Shown in pieces: positions 14,661 to 27,802 of a stretch of 64,000 bases of DNA (position 1 is the first letter of the stretch; every line of letters begins with the position of its first letter). Below the pieces are notes generated by a model. It was given only the letters and a program-made list of their open reading frames with translations. It searched no databases and had not been told where the DNA came from. Source of the DNA: Callorhinchus milii (Eukaryota); assembly GCF_018977255.1 (NCBI RefSeq), contig NW_024704742.1, forward strand, positions 74,092,001-74,156,000, read 5' to 3'. Made by a program: the position numbers and the translations under genes.

Positions 14661-15739
14661 ATGGTGAGCATTGCATATACCTTGACCTATTTTTAATCCA
14701 ATCTTTTGCAAATGAACCAGACCTAGAATGTAAGGTCCACACAGAAGAGCAATTGGGGATTGGGGGAGGGGGGTGGGTAGGAGTAATTACAACAACAACT
14801 TACATTTTATATAGCGCCCTTCACTTAGGGTAGCATCTCAGAACCCTTGTAAAAAATATTCCAATTAATTTAATTAAACTTAGTTTTCTTTTTTAAAGTA
14901 CAATTGATCAGAATTGAAAATGTTCATTATTATGTGCAAAAAGTAGTCATACAAAACTTGTGAGTAAATCAGAAGTAGGCAATGCAAATAGTGCAGAATA
15001 ACAATGAGGCTTAAAATAGAAATAGCAGCTGGCTGACACCAAACTTTCGTTTTAAATACTCTGTAGAAAGCTCAACAATTTTGAGGTCTTGCAAAAGAAT
15101 GAATTAGAGAAAGCAATAGGAGGCCTCAATTTCAAGATGAGGATCTATGGAGGAAGAGCACTCCAGAGAAAAAGGAAGAATTTGTTGATTAAATAAAAAT
15201 GACATTTCTTTGAAAAAAATATGCCCAGTGACTTCAGCAAAAAATTGCCGAAGAAGGCGACTGAAATAAATATAATAATGTACTCGTGGCGGTTGGCTGC
15301 ATTTCTGGAGAGAATTGATCAAGCAATATAAAGAAAAGATGGATTTGGGTATCCAAAAAGGGCAGACGTGTTAGCTCTTTCAAATTCCTATTCACGGGCA
15401 TGCAGGCAACTTGAATTGAAAGTAGATCCACCACATTTCACAGAAGCAAAATCGAGAGACTGCCAGGCTCTTGTTGTTTTGCAGGTGCTTGTCATAGGGG
15501 TTACAAAATTTTCCCAAACCTGGAGGATGGTTGTGAGAAACTAAACCAGTCGTGAATACTGCAACGGTTACATGCATGATAGAACAGTGTTAAGTATAGT
15601 TTGAAGTTAACAACAACTTGCTAATAGTGCCCTTCACAATCTCAAGTACATTGTTGCAGAAGAATGGAGTTCAGTAAGTAATACACTTATACAAAGTACA
15701 TTGTTGCATAAAGATAATGATGTATAATTGATTTACATT

Positions 15740-16628
15740 GTTCCATTTCACCCCAAAGCCTTCCCCCACCTTCCTCTCGGTCATCTCCACTCTCCTTTGT
15801 TCCCTCTGCTCTGAATGCCTCCTAATCCTAGGCGACTTCAACCTCCACTTCACCCCCTCCTGCTCTACCTCTGCCGACTTCTCCTCCCTCCTCTCTTCCC
15901 TTAACTTCGCCCTCCTCCTCCCCTCATGACCGTGGCCACCCCCCTGGTCAAAGTCACTAATGACATTCTGAACATCTGTGATCAGGGCTCCCTCTGCCTC
16001 CTTGTCCTCCTCGACCTCTCTGCTGCCTTCGACACTGTCGACCACTCCATCGTCATACACCGCCTCTCCTCTTTACTTAATCTTCACGGACCTGCCCTTG
16101 CCTGGTTCGATTCCTATCTCTCTCACCGTCTCCACTTTGTTGCCTCTAACGGTTTCTCCTCCAGCCCCCGCACTGTCACGTCTGGTGTCCCCCAGGGCTC
16201 TGTCCTTGGCCCTCTCCTCTTTAATATCTACATGCTCCCCCCTTGCTAATATCATCCGCAGACATGGGGTCAACTTCCATATGGAGGCGGATGACACCCA
16301 ACTCTATCTTCCTGCCTCCACCCTCAACTCCAGGACCACTGCTGTCCTGACAGACCACCTGTCGGACACCAAGTCCTGGATGAGGGCAAATTTCCTACAG
16401 TTGTATGTGAACAAGACTGAGGCCCTCCTGATTGGCTCGCGCCGGCGCCTCAGCACCTCAGGCTCTGGCAACATCAACCTCAATGGTTGCACAATACAAC
16501 TCACCAAACCAGTCAGGAACCGAGGTGTCTTGTTCAACCCTCAACTGTCTTTTCTCCCAAGTCATGACCCGCTCTGCCTTCCCTCACCCCTGTAACATCG
16601 CCCGACTCCGCCACTACCTCACCCCTCA
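15740..16628 (+). mobile_element. L2 LINE fragment (endonuclease piece joined to RT)
   Basis: [33 protein letters not shown]; truncated by the satellite. Confidence 0.9.
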
Positions 16629-17557
16629 GTGTATGGACAGTGTATGAGCTCAGTGTACGGATAGTGTATGTGCTCAGTGTATGTGCTCAGTGTATAGACA
16701 GTGTATGTGCTCAGTGTATGGACAGTGTGTGGACAGTGTATGAGCTCAGTGTGTGGACAGTGTATGTGCTCAGTGTGTGGACAGTGTATGGACAGTGTAT
16801 GTGCTCAGTGTATGTGCTCAGTGTGTGGACAGTGTATGTGCTCAGTGTGTGGACAGTGTATGTGCTCAGTGTATAGACAGTGTATGTGCTCAGTGTATAG
16901 ACAGTGTATGTGCTCAGTGTATAGACAGTGTATGTGCTCAGTGTATGTGCTCAGTGTGTGGACAGTGTATGTGCTCAGTGTGTGGACAGTGTATAGACAG
17001 TGTATGTGCTCAGTGTATAGACAGTGTATGTGCTCAGTGTATGTGCTCAGTGTATAGACAGTGTATGTGCTCAGTGTATGGACAGTGTGTGGACAGTGTA
17101 TGAGCTCAGTGTGTGGACAGTGTATGGACAGTGTATGTGCTCAGTGTATGTGCTCAGTGTGTGGACAGTGTATGTGCTCAGTGTGTGGACAGTGTATGGA
17201 CAGTGTATGTGCTCAGTGTATGTGCTCAGTGTGTGGACAGTGTATGTGCTCAGTGTGTGGACAGTGTATGTGCTCAGTGTATAGACAGTGTATGTGCTCA
17301 GTGTATAGACAGTGTATGTGCTCAGTGTATAGACAGTGTATGTGCTCAGTGTATAGACAGTGTATGTGCTCAGTGTATGTGCTCAGTGTGTGGACAGTGT
17401 ATGTGCTCAGTGTGTGGACAGTGTATAGACAGTGTATGTGCTCAGTGTATAGACAGTGTATGTGCTCAGTGTATAGACAGTGTATGTGCTCAGTGTGTGG
17501 ACAGTGTATGTGCTCAGTGTATAGACAGTGTATGGACAGTGTATAGACAGTGTATGG
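16626..17557. repeat. Minisatellite of interspersed 11-bp (CAGTGTRTRGA) and 13-bp (CAGTGTATGTGCT) units
   Basis: Directly visible tandem array at the start of B4GALT1 intron 1. Confidence 0.97.
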
Positions 17558-18065
17558 ACGCCCCCTGGCCTCGGGCTGTGTCGGCCCTGCCCGGCCCGGC
17601 CCGGCCCTGCCTTACCCAGATGCGGGGAGCTCTCCGGACAGGCGGGGGCGGGGGCCGCGGGGCTGCCGCCGTGGGGCCGGGGGCTGGCGGTGGCGTTGGG
17701 CGGCGGACGGCCGCGGTCGCCGCTCAGGGAGCGCACGATGTAGGCGGTGTAGCCGAAGCCGTCCAGATAGTACAGGAGGGTGACGACCAGGTGCAGAGTG
17801 CACAGCATCACCACCACCGAGCACAGCCCGAGCAGCGAGCGGCCGGGAACCGCCACCAACCCCACCGGCCGACCTCTGCCGCCCTCCATCCCCGCACCGC
17901 ACCGACCCGACCCGACCCGAGCGCCGTCCGTCCCCTCTCTCTGCCTCGCCGACCGACAGCGCCCCCCGCGGCCCCGCACAGCAACAGGGGCGTCTCCCGT
18001 CACCGCCTCGTCGTCACCTCGACGACCATCGCCAACCAACCCCCATCGCCGTCAACATCACAGGG
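17558..18065. promoter_or_regulatory. CpG island over B4GALT1 exon 1 and putative promoter
   Basis: Very GC/CpG-rich, bounded by a satellite on one side and a SINE tail on the other. Confidence 0.65.
17616..17889 (-). CDS. B4GALT1: Beta-1,4-galactosyltransferase 1, coding exon 1 (cytoplasmic tail, TM anchor, stem)
   Basis: MEGGRG...LCSVVVMLCTLHLVVTLLYYL...PACPESSPHL matches the B4GALT1 type II TM and stem; ends G|GTAAG (phase 1); CpG-rich. Confidence 0.88.
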
Positions 18066-18069
18066 CGTT

Positions 18070-18336
18070 GTTAATAATAATAATAACAATGCTTGCATTT
18101 GATATAGCGCTTTTCACGTCGGGAGGACGTCCCGAAGCGCTTCACAGAACACACTGTAAAGTGAATTGACTGTATATTTGTGGGCGAACGCGGCAGCCAA
18201 TTGCGCACAGCAATGTCCCACAAACAGTCGTAGATTGAAAATGACCAATTTATTAATGTTTTGTTTTTTTGGAGGGATTATTATTAGGCTCTGTGTGGAG
18301 TAAGGAAACTTGCCCAAGGTTTCACTCTGCCTGGAA
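18070..18336 (-). mobile_element. Same SINE, head-truncated
   Basis: Near-identical to 11969-12235. Confidence 0.88.
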
Positions 18337-18339
18337 TAG

Positions 18340-19045
18340 ACTACGGCACTACCTCACCCCTCACGCGGCTGAAACCCTGGTCCACGCCTTTATCACCTCA
18401 AGGCTGGACTATGGGAACTCTCTCCTCGCCGGCCTTCCCGCCACCTCCCTCCACACTGCAGGTCATTCAGAACTCTGCAGCTCGTGTACTGTCCCGCACC
18501 AGACACCGCGACCACATCACTCCCACCCTCGCTCGCCTCCACTGGCTCCCCATCCCCCAGAGGATCGAATTCAAGATCCTCATCCTCACCTACAAGGCCA
18601 TTCACGGCCTTGCTCCCTCCTACCTCTCCGACCTACTATCTCCCTACCTACCTGCCCGTACCCTCCGTTCCTCTGGCTCCGGTCTGCTCCACGTCCCCCG
18701 CCCCAACCGCCCTACCATCGGTGGTCGGGCCTTCAGCCTCTCAGCCCCGAGGCTCTGGAACTCCATCCCCCAGTGCCTTCGCCGCCTCCTCCCTTTCCTC
18801 CTTCAAGGCCGGTCTCAAAACCTTTCTCTTTGACTGTGCCTTCACCTCCCCTCTCGACTCTCTACCCCCTCCTCGCTCCCTCCCTTCCCTCCCCTCACCC
18901 TGACCATTTCCCCCCTCCTCACTCCCTCCCTTCCCTCACCCTGACCATTTCCCCTCTGCTCGGGTCCTGACCTAACTGTACAGCGCCTTGGGACGTCCTC
19001 CCGACGTGAAAGGCGCTCTATAAATGGAATCTTGTTGTTGTTGTT
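18340..19045 (+). mobile_element. Young L2 3' fragment
   Basis: [20 protein letters not shown]; (GTT)n tail; near-identical to 55345-56190. Confidence 0.92.
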
Positions 19046-19053
19046 AATTCGAA

Positions 19054-20853
19054 ATGAGTTTATCAAAGAAGGCCGTATATTCAACAAGGAATGGACTTCA
19101 AATTTTTTTTTACCAGTGTGGGTGGAAAAGCTTTCTGCTTAATTTGCAAAGAAAGTGTGGCAGCGCTCAAAGACTACAACTTGAATCGCTATTTTGAGAG
19201 CAAACGTGTTTGCAAATATAAGAAAGTTTCTGCCGAAGAAAAAGGAAAGAAAGCTGATGAGATAGTTGCTCAAATGCAAAAAGAGCAAAGCATTTTCACA
19301 AAACAATTTGCGTCCCAGGATGAGATTACAAGAGTGAGTTATGTGACTGCACCCAAAATTGCCAAGAACAGCAAACCATTCTCTGAAGGAGAATTTATAA
19401 AGGAATGTATGGTTGACTCTGCCTCGATTTTATGCCCAGACAAGAAAAACTAGTTCGAGAACATTAGCATGTCAAGGTGAACTATTATGAGATGTGTTGA
19501 GAATATCTCTGAGAACTTGTATCTGCAGTTACAAAAATAAAGTAAGCAATTTTGCATGTTTTTCACTGGCATTCGATGAGAGTTGTGATGTCGAAGACAC
19601 AGTCCAGTTGATAATTTTTATTCGAGATATCACCAAACATTTTGAGCTCACAGAAGAATTGGCATCAATAAAGGCAATGAAAGATACGACAACTGGAGAA
19701 GACTTTTTGGAGGCAGTAATAAGTGTGTCTTAAAATTAGGAGTGGAGTGGAAAAAATTGGTGAATGTGACCACTGATGGAAGCTCAAATCTGACAGGCAA
19801 AAATGTTGGGTTACTGAAAAGAATTCAAGATCAAGTCAAAGAAACAAATCCAGAACAGAATATTGTTTTTCTACACTGCATTATCCACCAAGAGGTCCTC
19901 TGAGAGTGTTCTAAAACTAAGCAATGTCGTGGACACAGTTACGAAAGTGGTTAACTACATTCGAGCAAGAGGATTAAACTACAGCAATTTGTAACTCTGC
20001 TTGAGGAATTGGAATCCGAGCACACGGATGTTCTGTATCACACAAATGTAAAATGGCTTAGTTTTGGAAAGGTCTTGAAAAGAGTGTGGGAACTGAGAAC
20101 AGAGATTGATTCATTTTTGGGCATGAAACAAAAAGATTCGGATTTCCCATATTTGAATGATGTGAATTGGCTCGCTGATTTAGCATTTGCCATGATATCA
20201 TGGACCATATGAATGAACTGAATTCAAAACTGCAATGGAAGGGGGCCTTTGTGCACGATTTGTATTGCAGTGTCAAGTCATTTATGACAAAATTATTTAT
20301 TTTATCGTATCAGATAGGAAACAGGCAGTTCGCCCACTTTCCAACTTTGCAGCAGATTACTGTTTGCGATCAAAGCCTTAAAAAGTATACTTTGTCACTA
20401 CTTGAGTTACATAACGAATTTTCTCACCGATTCCAGGATTTCAATTTGATCGAAAATGACCTGTCTTTGATCTCTTCATCTTTCTCATTTGATGTTGACA
20501 AAGCCCCATTTTGACCTCCAACTCGAGCTTATTGACCTGCAATGTGATCCATTGCTTGTGGAGCAATTCAAATCAGTGCCGCTTCCCAGTTTTTACGCCT
20601 CTCTTAATGAATAAACCTTTCCAAAAATAAAGGCTCATGCCCGGAGGATTCTTGTGCTGTTTGGATCAACATACATATGCAAGGAGACATTTCTGTGATG
20701 AAATTCAATAAATCAAAACATAGATCTGTGATGACTTATGACCATCTTGCAGCATTTTGCTGCAATTGCATTTTATGCATGTACAATTTTATTTTATGCA
20801 TGTACAAGTTTAAGACTTGATTTTGAGCTATTATGAAGTTTGTGGCCCGCGAA
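19054..20853 (+). pseudogene. Decayed hAT (Charlie/GTF2IRD2-like) transposase and 3' flank
   Basis: CLIC..KDYNLNR BED-like finger, KPFSEGEFIKECM, SLAFDESCD, VTTDG, LHCIIHQE, HTNVKWLSFG, LFGSTYIC; frameshifts and stops. Confidence 0.92.
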
Positions 20854-23556
20854 GGGTGGGAGTTAAATATTCCAGGATATAATGTGTTCAGGAAGGATAG
20901 AGAAGGAAGAAAAGGAGGAGGGTTGGCAATATTAGTTAAGGATACAATTATAGCTGTAGAAAGGAAAGAGGCTCTGGAGGGCCCGACAACAGAATCCATC
21001 TGGTTAAAGAAATAAGAAAGGAGTGGTTACACTGATAGGGGTTTACAATAGACCACCAGACAGCCGGAGGGAGATAGAGGAGCAGATCTGCAACCATCGC
21101 GGATAGATGTAAGGCGAACAGAGTTGTGATAATGGGGGATTTCAATTATCCCAATATAGACTGGCAAAATACCAGTGCTAAGGGCAAGGTAGGAGAAAGA
21201 TTCATAAACTGTGTAAGAGGAAGAAAGCATTGCTGGATCTAGTCCTGGGGAATGAAATAGGTCAGGTTGAACAGGTTTCGGTAGGGGAGCACTAGGTAAC
21301 AGTGACCATAATATTATTAGATTTAGATTCCTCATGAACGGGGATAAAGTACAGTCAAGGGTGAAAATGCTTGACTGGAAAAGGGCTAATTTTGATTGGC
21401 TAAAGGGAACCTAAAGTTGGTGGACTGGCAAGTAAGAATGGCAGGTAAAATGACTTATGAGCAATGGGAGATCTTCAAAGATATGATAGCTCAAGGTCTA
21501 CATAGATATATTCCCACAAAAGGGAAATGTGCGACAACCAAGCCAGCCTGGATGACCAGGGATATTCTGTCTAGGATGAAAAAGACGAAGACGGCGTACG
21601 ACAATTGGAAGATGCAAGATACTGAGGATAGCAAAGCGCATTATAGAGAATGTAGGAGTGCTCTTAAAAGAGTGAAAAGACAGGCTAAAAGATCGCATGA
21701 GAAGAGGTTAGCGGGTAACATAAAGGGGAATCCTAAAATATTTTACAAGCACATAAAGGAAAAAAGGTTAGTTAAAGGTAGGGTGGGGCCAATCAAAGAC
21801 AATGACGGCAATCTTGTTGTGGAGGCAGAGGGTGGCTGATGTACTGAACGAGTACTTTGCATCTGTCTTCACAACGGAAACGGATGCCCCAAATGCCACA
21901 GTATTGGATGAGGGTAGAGGAAATAGATCAGATTACTATAGACAGAGAGGAAGTTCTGAAAAGATTGACTGGGCTCAAAATTGATAAGTCACCAGGACCA
22001 GATGGGTTTCACCCAAGGTTGCTGTGGGAGATACGGGTTCAAATAGCGGAGGCTTTGGCCATTATATTTCAATCTTCATTGGACACAGGAGTGGTGCCAA
22101 GAGACTGGAGAGTGGCTAATGTTACCCCCTCTACAAAAAGGGGCAGAAAGACAAACCCGGAAATTACAGGCCAGTCAGCCTAACTTCGGTAATAGGAAAA
22201 CTACTGGAGACCATAATCCGGGACAGAATAAATCTCTACTTAGAGGAACACGAGGTAATTAGAGACAGCCAACATGGATTTGTTAAAGGCAAATCTTGCC
22301 TAACAAATCTAATAGAATTTTTTGAAGAGGTGACTGCGAGGGTTGATGAGGGAAATGCGGTGGACGTTATTTACATGGATTTCAAAAAGGCTTTTGACAC
22401 AGTACCGCATAAGAGATTAATAAAAAATTAGAGGCCCACGGTATTAAGGGGACAGTGGCAGTTTGGATTAAGAACTGGCTGAGTGACAGAAAGCAGAGGG
22501 TGGTGGTTAATGGGTGTTTCTCGAAATGGAAGGTGTGCAGCGGTGTCCCCCAGGGATCGGTATTGGGACCACTGCTCTTTCTAATATATATTAATGATCT
22601 GGACTTGGGCATAGAGAGCACTATTTCCAAGTTTGCAGATGATACAAAGTTAGGTAGGGTAGTAAATAGTGAGGAGGACTGTAACCAACTGCAAGCAGAC
22701 ATACACAGAATGGTGGAATGGGCTGACATGTGGCAGATGGATTTCAATGTGGATAAGTGTGAGGTGATACACTTAGGTAGGAAAAATGATAGGAGGCAAT
22801 ATAGACTTGGTAGCTCAATCTTAAGGGGGTGAACGTACAGAGAGATCTGGGTGTTCAAGTAAGCGAATCATTAAAGGTAGCGGGGCAGGTAGATAAGGCA
22901 GTAAAAAAGGCATTTGGTGTACTGAGCTTTATTAGTAGGGGCATAGAGTATAAGAGTAGGGAGGTTATGGTTAATCTGTACAAAACACTGGTTAGGCCTC
23001 AGCTGGAGTACTGCGTCCAGTTCTGGGCACCTTACTTCAGGAAGGACATTAAGGCACTGGAAAGGGTGCAGAGGAGATTCACGAGAATGATACCAGGAAT
23101 GGGGAACCTTAGCTATGAGGACAGGCTGGAAAAGTTAGGACTTTTCCCATTAGAGCAGAGAAGGTTACGTGGGGACCTGATAGAGGTCTTCAAGATCATG
23201 AAAGGTTTCGACAGGCTAGATAGGGAAAAGCTGTTTCCGCTGGTAGGTGTGTCTGTGACTCATGGTCACAGTCTTAAGATATCTACCAAAAGAAGCAGAG
23301 GGGAGGTTAGAAGAAATGTTTTCACTCAGCGAGTTGTTCGAATTTGGAATGATCTGCCCGAAAGGGCAGTGAAGTCCGATTCGATAACAGCTTTTAAGAG
23401 AACTGGATAAGTATCTGGGGAAGATGGGTTAGCAGGGTTATGGGGAGAAAGCTGGTGATTGGGGTTAGTGAAAGTGACTTGCTCTGTCAAAGAGCCGGCA
23501 CAGACTCGATGGGCTGAATGGCCTCCTTCTGTGCTGTAACATTCTATGAATCTATG
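20854..23556 (+). mobile_element. CR1-clade LINE, 5'-truncated, inserted in the hAT element
   Basis: [61 protein letters not shown] tail. Confidence 0.95.
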
Positions 23557-23602
23557 GAAACTCGTGAAGTGGCCCACCAGCCAAAATAATTGCTCACCCT
23601 TG
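23557..23602 (+). mobile_element. 3' terminus/TIR of the hAT element
   Basis: GTGGCCC subterminal motifs on both sides of the CR1; ends TTGCTCACCCTTG followed by TTCTAAAG, a Charlie-type target. Confidence 0.75.
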
Positions 23603-23875
23603 TTCTAAAGTCCAATGCAGCAGGTCTACTCAATAGCAACTGCACAATCCTCGGGTGAAGGTAAATAAGACATGCTTCTCCAGATTTCTCAGCAATAGGT
23701 CAGTGTAGGACGGAGCCCTCCTTCCATGCTATTGTTTCCCCTTTACACTGGTAAGATAACATGTCCTGAGCCAGGTGAACACAAAGCCAACCTGATTCAT
23801 AGTGAGTCAAGCTGATTCATTGTGAGTCAACCTGACACATACTGAGCCAACCTGACACAAACCGAGCCAAACTGG

Positions 23876-24830
23876 TGTTAGAATTTACACTTTTTGGATT
23901 ATGTTGGAATCATAATAGATGTTGCGAACGGGTTAACTTTTAAGTTAAGTGTGGGGGGGCAACTGGACTGACTGTCATGGGATAGGACACATCTGGTTTT
24001 CTGTTTTTGAAAGAATAACGGACAGCTTTGGAAAAGGGCAGAAGGTCACCTCTTATCAGTAAATGACAACAAGCCCACAGAGGTAACGGTCCAAGGTACC
24101 AGTCGACACAGGATCTCGACTAAGCAATAAGTCGCTAGATTCTGACAGGGCCAACCGACAGAAGGCAACACTCAAGAATAGCAGCTAACGAGCAAGTTGC
24201 TTAAACCAGAGGACCTCGGTACCATCCCAGGATACTGATAAGAAATAACCAGTCACTTAAAAGGAATGCACTAATGATCCCACACCACAAAATAATGAGC
24301 ACCAGATGTGTGTGTGTGCTGAGGCACGTACACCCCATGACGTGTTCACGTGAACCCAGCATGATTTCGACCGGGTGATCTAATGTCCGCACCATGATTG
24401 GACGAACATCGGTATTAGAGTTCCGTTAACTTTGTGAACGGGGCCATCCCGGGTCGCGGAGACAAGGGTACGGAAGATGGGGCCGTCCCGGGTCGCGGAG
24501 ACAAGGGTACGGGAGATGGGGCTGTCCCGGGTCGCGGAAACAAGGGTAAGGGAGATGGAAGACTGAGAGCCAGAAACACTAAGACTGAGGATATCAGATG
24601 GAAGATTGAAAGCTGTAAGCAAGAAGACTGAAAGCATGAAGAATCAAGCTTGTGTGCTGTAAAGACACAGTGTTGAACTCGAGATATCTACGGTGGTTTT
24701 ATTCTGTTATAAGATCTGTTGATTGTACCGGCCTTTGGTCTGACCCATCGGGATATTGGGGAATAACGAACGAATAATAATAAAACAGTCTGATATGTAA
24801 ACGGATTATGGCTGATTTTATTTTCTAACA
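23876..24830 (+). mobile_element. Solo LTR (955 bp)
   Basis: TGTTAGAA...TTCTAACA 8-bp terminal inverted repeat, CTGG TSD (23872-75, 24831-34), internal 39-bp x3 tandem, AATAAA 24779-84; strand is inferred from the AATAAA. Confidence 0.85.
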
Positions 24831-27802
24831 CTGGCACGTCCTGAGCCAAGGTGACACTTCCTGAGCCAGACATTTGGACAAAATACTGGAAGGTGCCCTA
24901 TGCCTGTGGAACTGCACACCAACAAAAAAACACTGCTTCACACAAAGGGTGGTGGGAATGTAGAATGTCACATCAACAACTTGCATTTATAATATTTATA
25001 ATATATACCTATAATATATACAGTATATGTGTGTATATTATATATAACACCTTGGGACCTCCTCCCAGCCTGTAGTTATTTGTTGTTATTTATTCTGTTC
25101 CCCAGTCACTTCATGTGTTACACTCACTCTGCCCCCTATAAATAAATTTTTAAAAATGTGGTCACTCTTTGCGTGACTGTTTGTGGGACACTGCTGTGCA
25201 CAATTGGCTGTGGCATTTCGCCCATAAAATACGCAATCACTATACTTCAGTGTATCCTGCGATTGCTTTGAGATGTCTCAAAGACGTGATAAGGTGCCAT
25301 GTCAAATTCAATGATTATTATTATTATTTATACAACGCCCTTCACTTGGGGTAGCATCTTGGAACACCTACAGTGGTAGAGCTTGATTTTGAGCTGGGAA
25401 TCGGGGGAGGTGACCATAGGTGCCGTAGAAGGGTCTTCAGGTATAATCTGAAGATGGGCAGGGAGGAGGAAAGGTAGAGATTGAGGCAGAGCTCCATAGT
25501 TTGGGGGTATAATGGATGAAAGCACACCCGCCAATGGGTGTGTTCTTTTGATGCTAACTCAAGCCTTCAAACTTTGGTTCTTCAAACTCAAGATAGATAT
25601 TAAAATATATCTTAGTATAGCCTGTTTCTTTGTTGATATTGACATGCCTTTGTAGGAAAAAAATAAGTTGATTTTTCTACTTGCATTATTATTCCTCTCC
25701 TCCAAGCAAGTTAAAATCTCATTCTCACCACATGCTTTTTCTAACAAGCTTCTCCATTCTGCCCGTCCTCTATTGCAATGGTGGCCAACCTTTTTGGTCG
25801 GCCACAAAATACAGTTTTTTGTTTGAATATTGATTATTTTATGCCATGTTTGTTGAGTTAAGCAGTGGGAAAAACCCATACATTCTGCTGCGTAGCCTGA
25901 GAGACTGACAGTAGTTTGAAAGATGCTGGGAAAGGGGGAGGAGGGATGGTGACATGTGGGAGAACATCCACCATCATGGACTACAGACGTGAACTGCAGC
26001 TGGTGCTTCCATAGAAAGGTTGAGAGGATAGGGAGGAGGGAACATGGTCAATGGGATGGTGGTTATGTAAGGATATTGATACTCACTAAGAAAGATAAGT
26101 GGGAATACAGAATATTCATCTATTGCTTGAATGTTTTGCTGAAGTGCATCAACTCAAGTACAGGGAATAGGTTGACCTCATCATCCAGTTGAAAGCCTTC
26201 TTTGCAATCAGGAATAACACCAGGGTAGGCATTTTTTGCTGTTACAATGACCCATTATTTGAATTAGACATATTCTTAGACACTGAATGAAGCACAATAA
26301 GACCTTCAAATATTCCCATAATAATTAAAAGTTAATTGCAACATATTCCATCTCAATTAGCACTGATGGCGGTGACTCTCATTCCTTTGGAGATGAGTGC
26401 AGGATTTGGTGATGTGTTTGTCAGGGTTTAACCCATTGCCGGCTATAGGCGCAGGGTGAAAAGGGGTACAGAATGTGTAATCAGGATGTAAGTGTTCCAA
26501 TTTGTCAGATTAGTATACTGCCAAGTATGTTAGCCAGTGTGAATGTTGCAGTACACACTGAAAATCATCTAGTCGTATTTCTACTGTTAGATTATTCCTT
26601 TTTAGTATCCAATGACAGCAAGAGTGAATAAATGCTAAACATGTGCTTTTTTATGCAGCAGGTAACAACAAATAAATCAAACAGAGTTGCAGAGAAATTG
26701 AGGGCAATTACCTAGATTAATATATTATGAATAAAGAGAGCAATGACTAAACTTTGCACAATTTTTGACAACATACACTTTAGCAAAAATTAAATATGAA
26801 GCATCTTGGGATGTCCTCCTGGCATGAAAGGCATTATATAAATGTATTTCTATATTTCTTGTTTAAAAAAATAAACTATTAAACACATTCAACTTTTCTA
26901 AAACATTATATTTTAACAAATTTATAAAGCTTCAAAATCTTCACTTTTCTCACGTTTAATGGACTGTTCTCATATTTTAGTACATACAGCAACACAAGAG
27001 ATTGTTTTAAAAAAACTAGAACAAAGCACACAAATAGTGATCTCAGACATTTTAATAAATGTTACTTTAAATGATGGAAAATACAAAAACAAAATCTAGT
27101 TTTAACTAATAAAGGACAACCCAAAATTTAAAATGTTACTACTCCCAAATGTAAGCATACCCCTGTGTACACACTTTCCTGATTTTATGCTGACCTTTCT
27201 TTTACAACAAACACACAGTAAAACTAAGTGCAATAAAACATGGCACCACACTATCTAAACATCCCACTCAAAGACTTACCACAAAAGATCTACTACATTT
27301 CTAAAGCAATGCCATTTATTCTGTAAATTAGAACATAAAAGGTAGCAAATTATTTTAAAAGAGACTGTATCCCGTGTCTTGTTTATACAAGCTTCAAGCC
27401 AAAGCTGATTCAAGTAAAATGCAAGGATTTAAAAATATAGAAAATCAAACTTACTAGTTTTCATATAATGTTCCATCCAACCTTAGTCACTTCTGTCAAG
27501 ACAGAGGTATCGGTACTGCTGCAGCAATAGGGACTCTCTTAAATAGTTTGCCAGGGTTAAATGCATCCTAAAATTTTTAATGTTTGTAAGTGATTTTGTA
27601 GGCTAACAAAAGGGATGCAATCTCTTTAACAAATGTTTATACAAATGGACATATGCCACTGAAAACAAAGACTTGAGTGCCTCCAATGCTGTACTCAGTA
27701 CTTGATATTATTGCACTGTTGTTCTTCAGCTGGATGATAGATACATTAAATGGATTCTGCAGCCTGAAGCAGGCTTACTCACTGATGATTATCGTACATA
27801 TC

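Noticed and set aside
16640..17546. Cys-rich repetitive ORFs (CMCSV/CAQC) resembling metallothionein or keratin-associated proteins
   Set aside because: Translation of an 11/13-bp satellite whose units are not multiples of three.
18061..18070. CAGGG as the missing left TIR of the hAT element
   Set aside because: Match is only 5 bp, and the flank CAACATCA does not match the TTCTAAAG right flank.
21396..23410. Functional reverse transcriptase gene or retron-like system
   Set aside because: 5'-truncated, multiply frameshifted CR1 ORF2.
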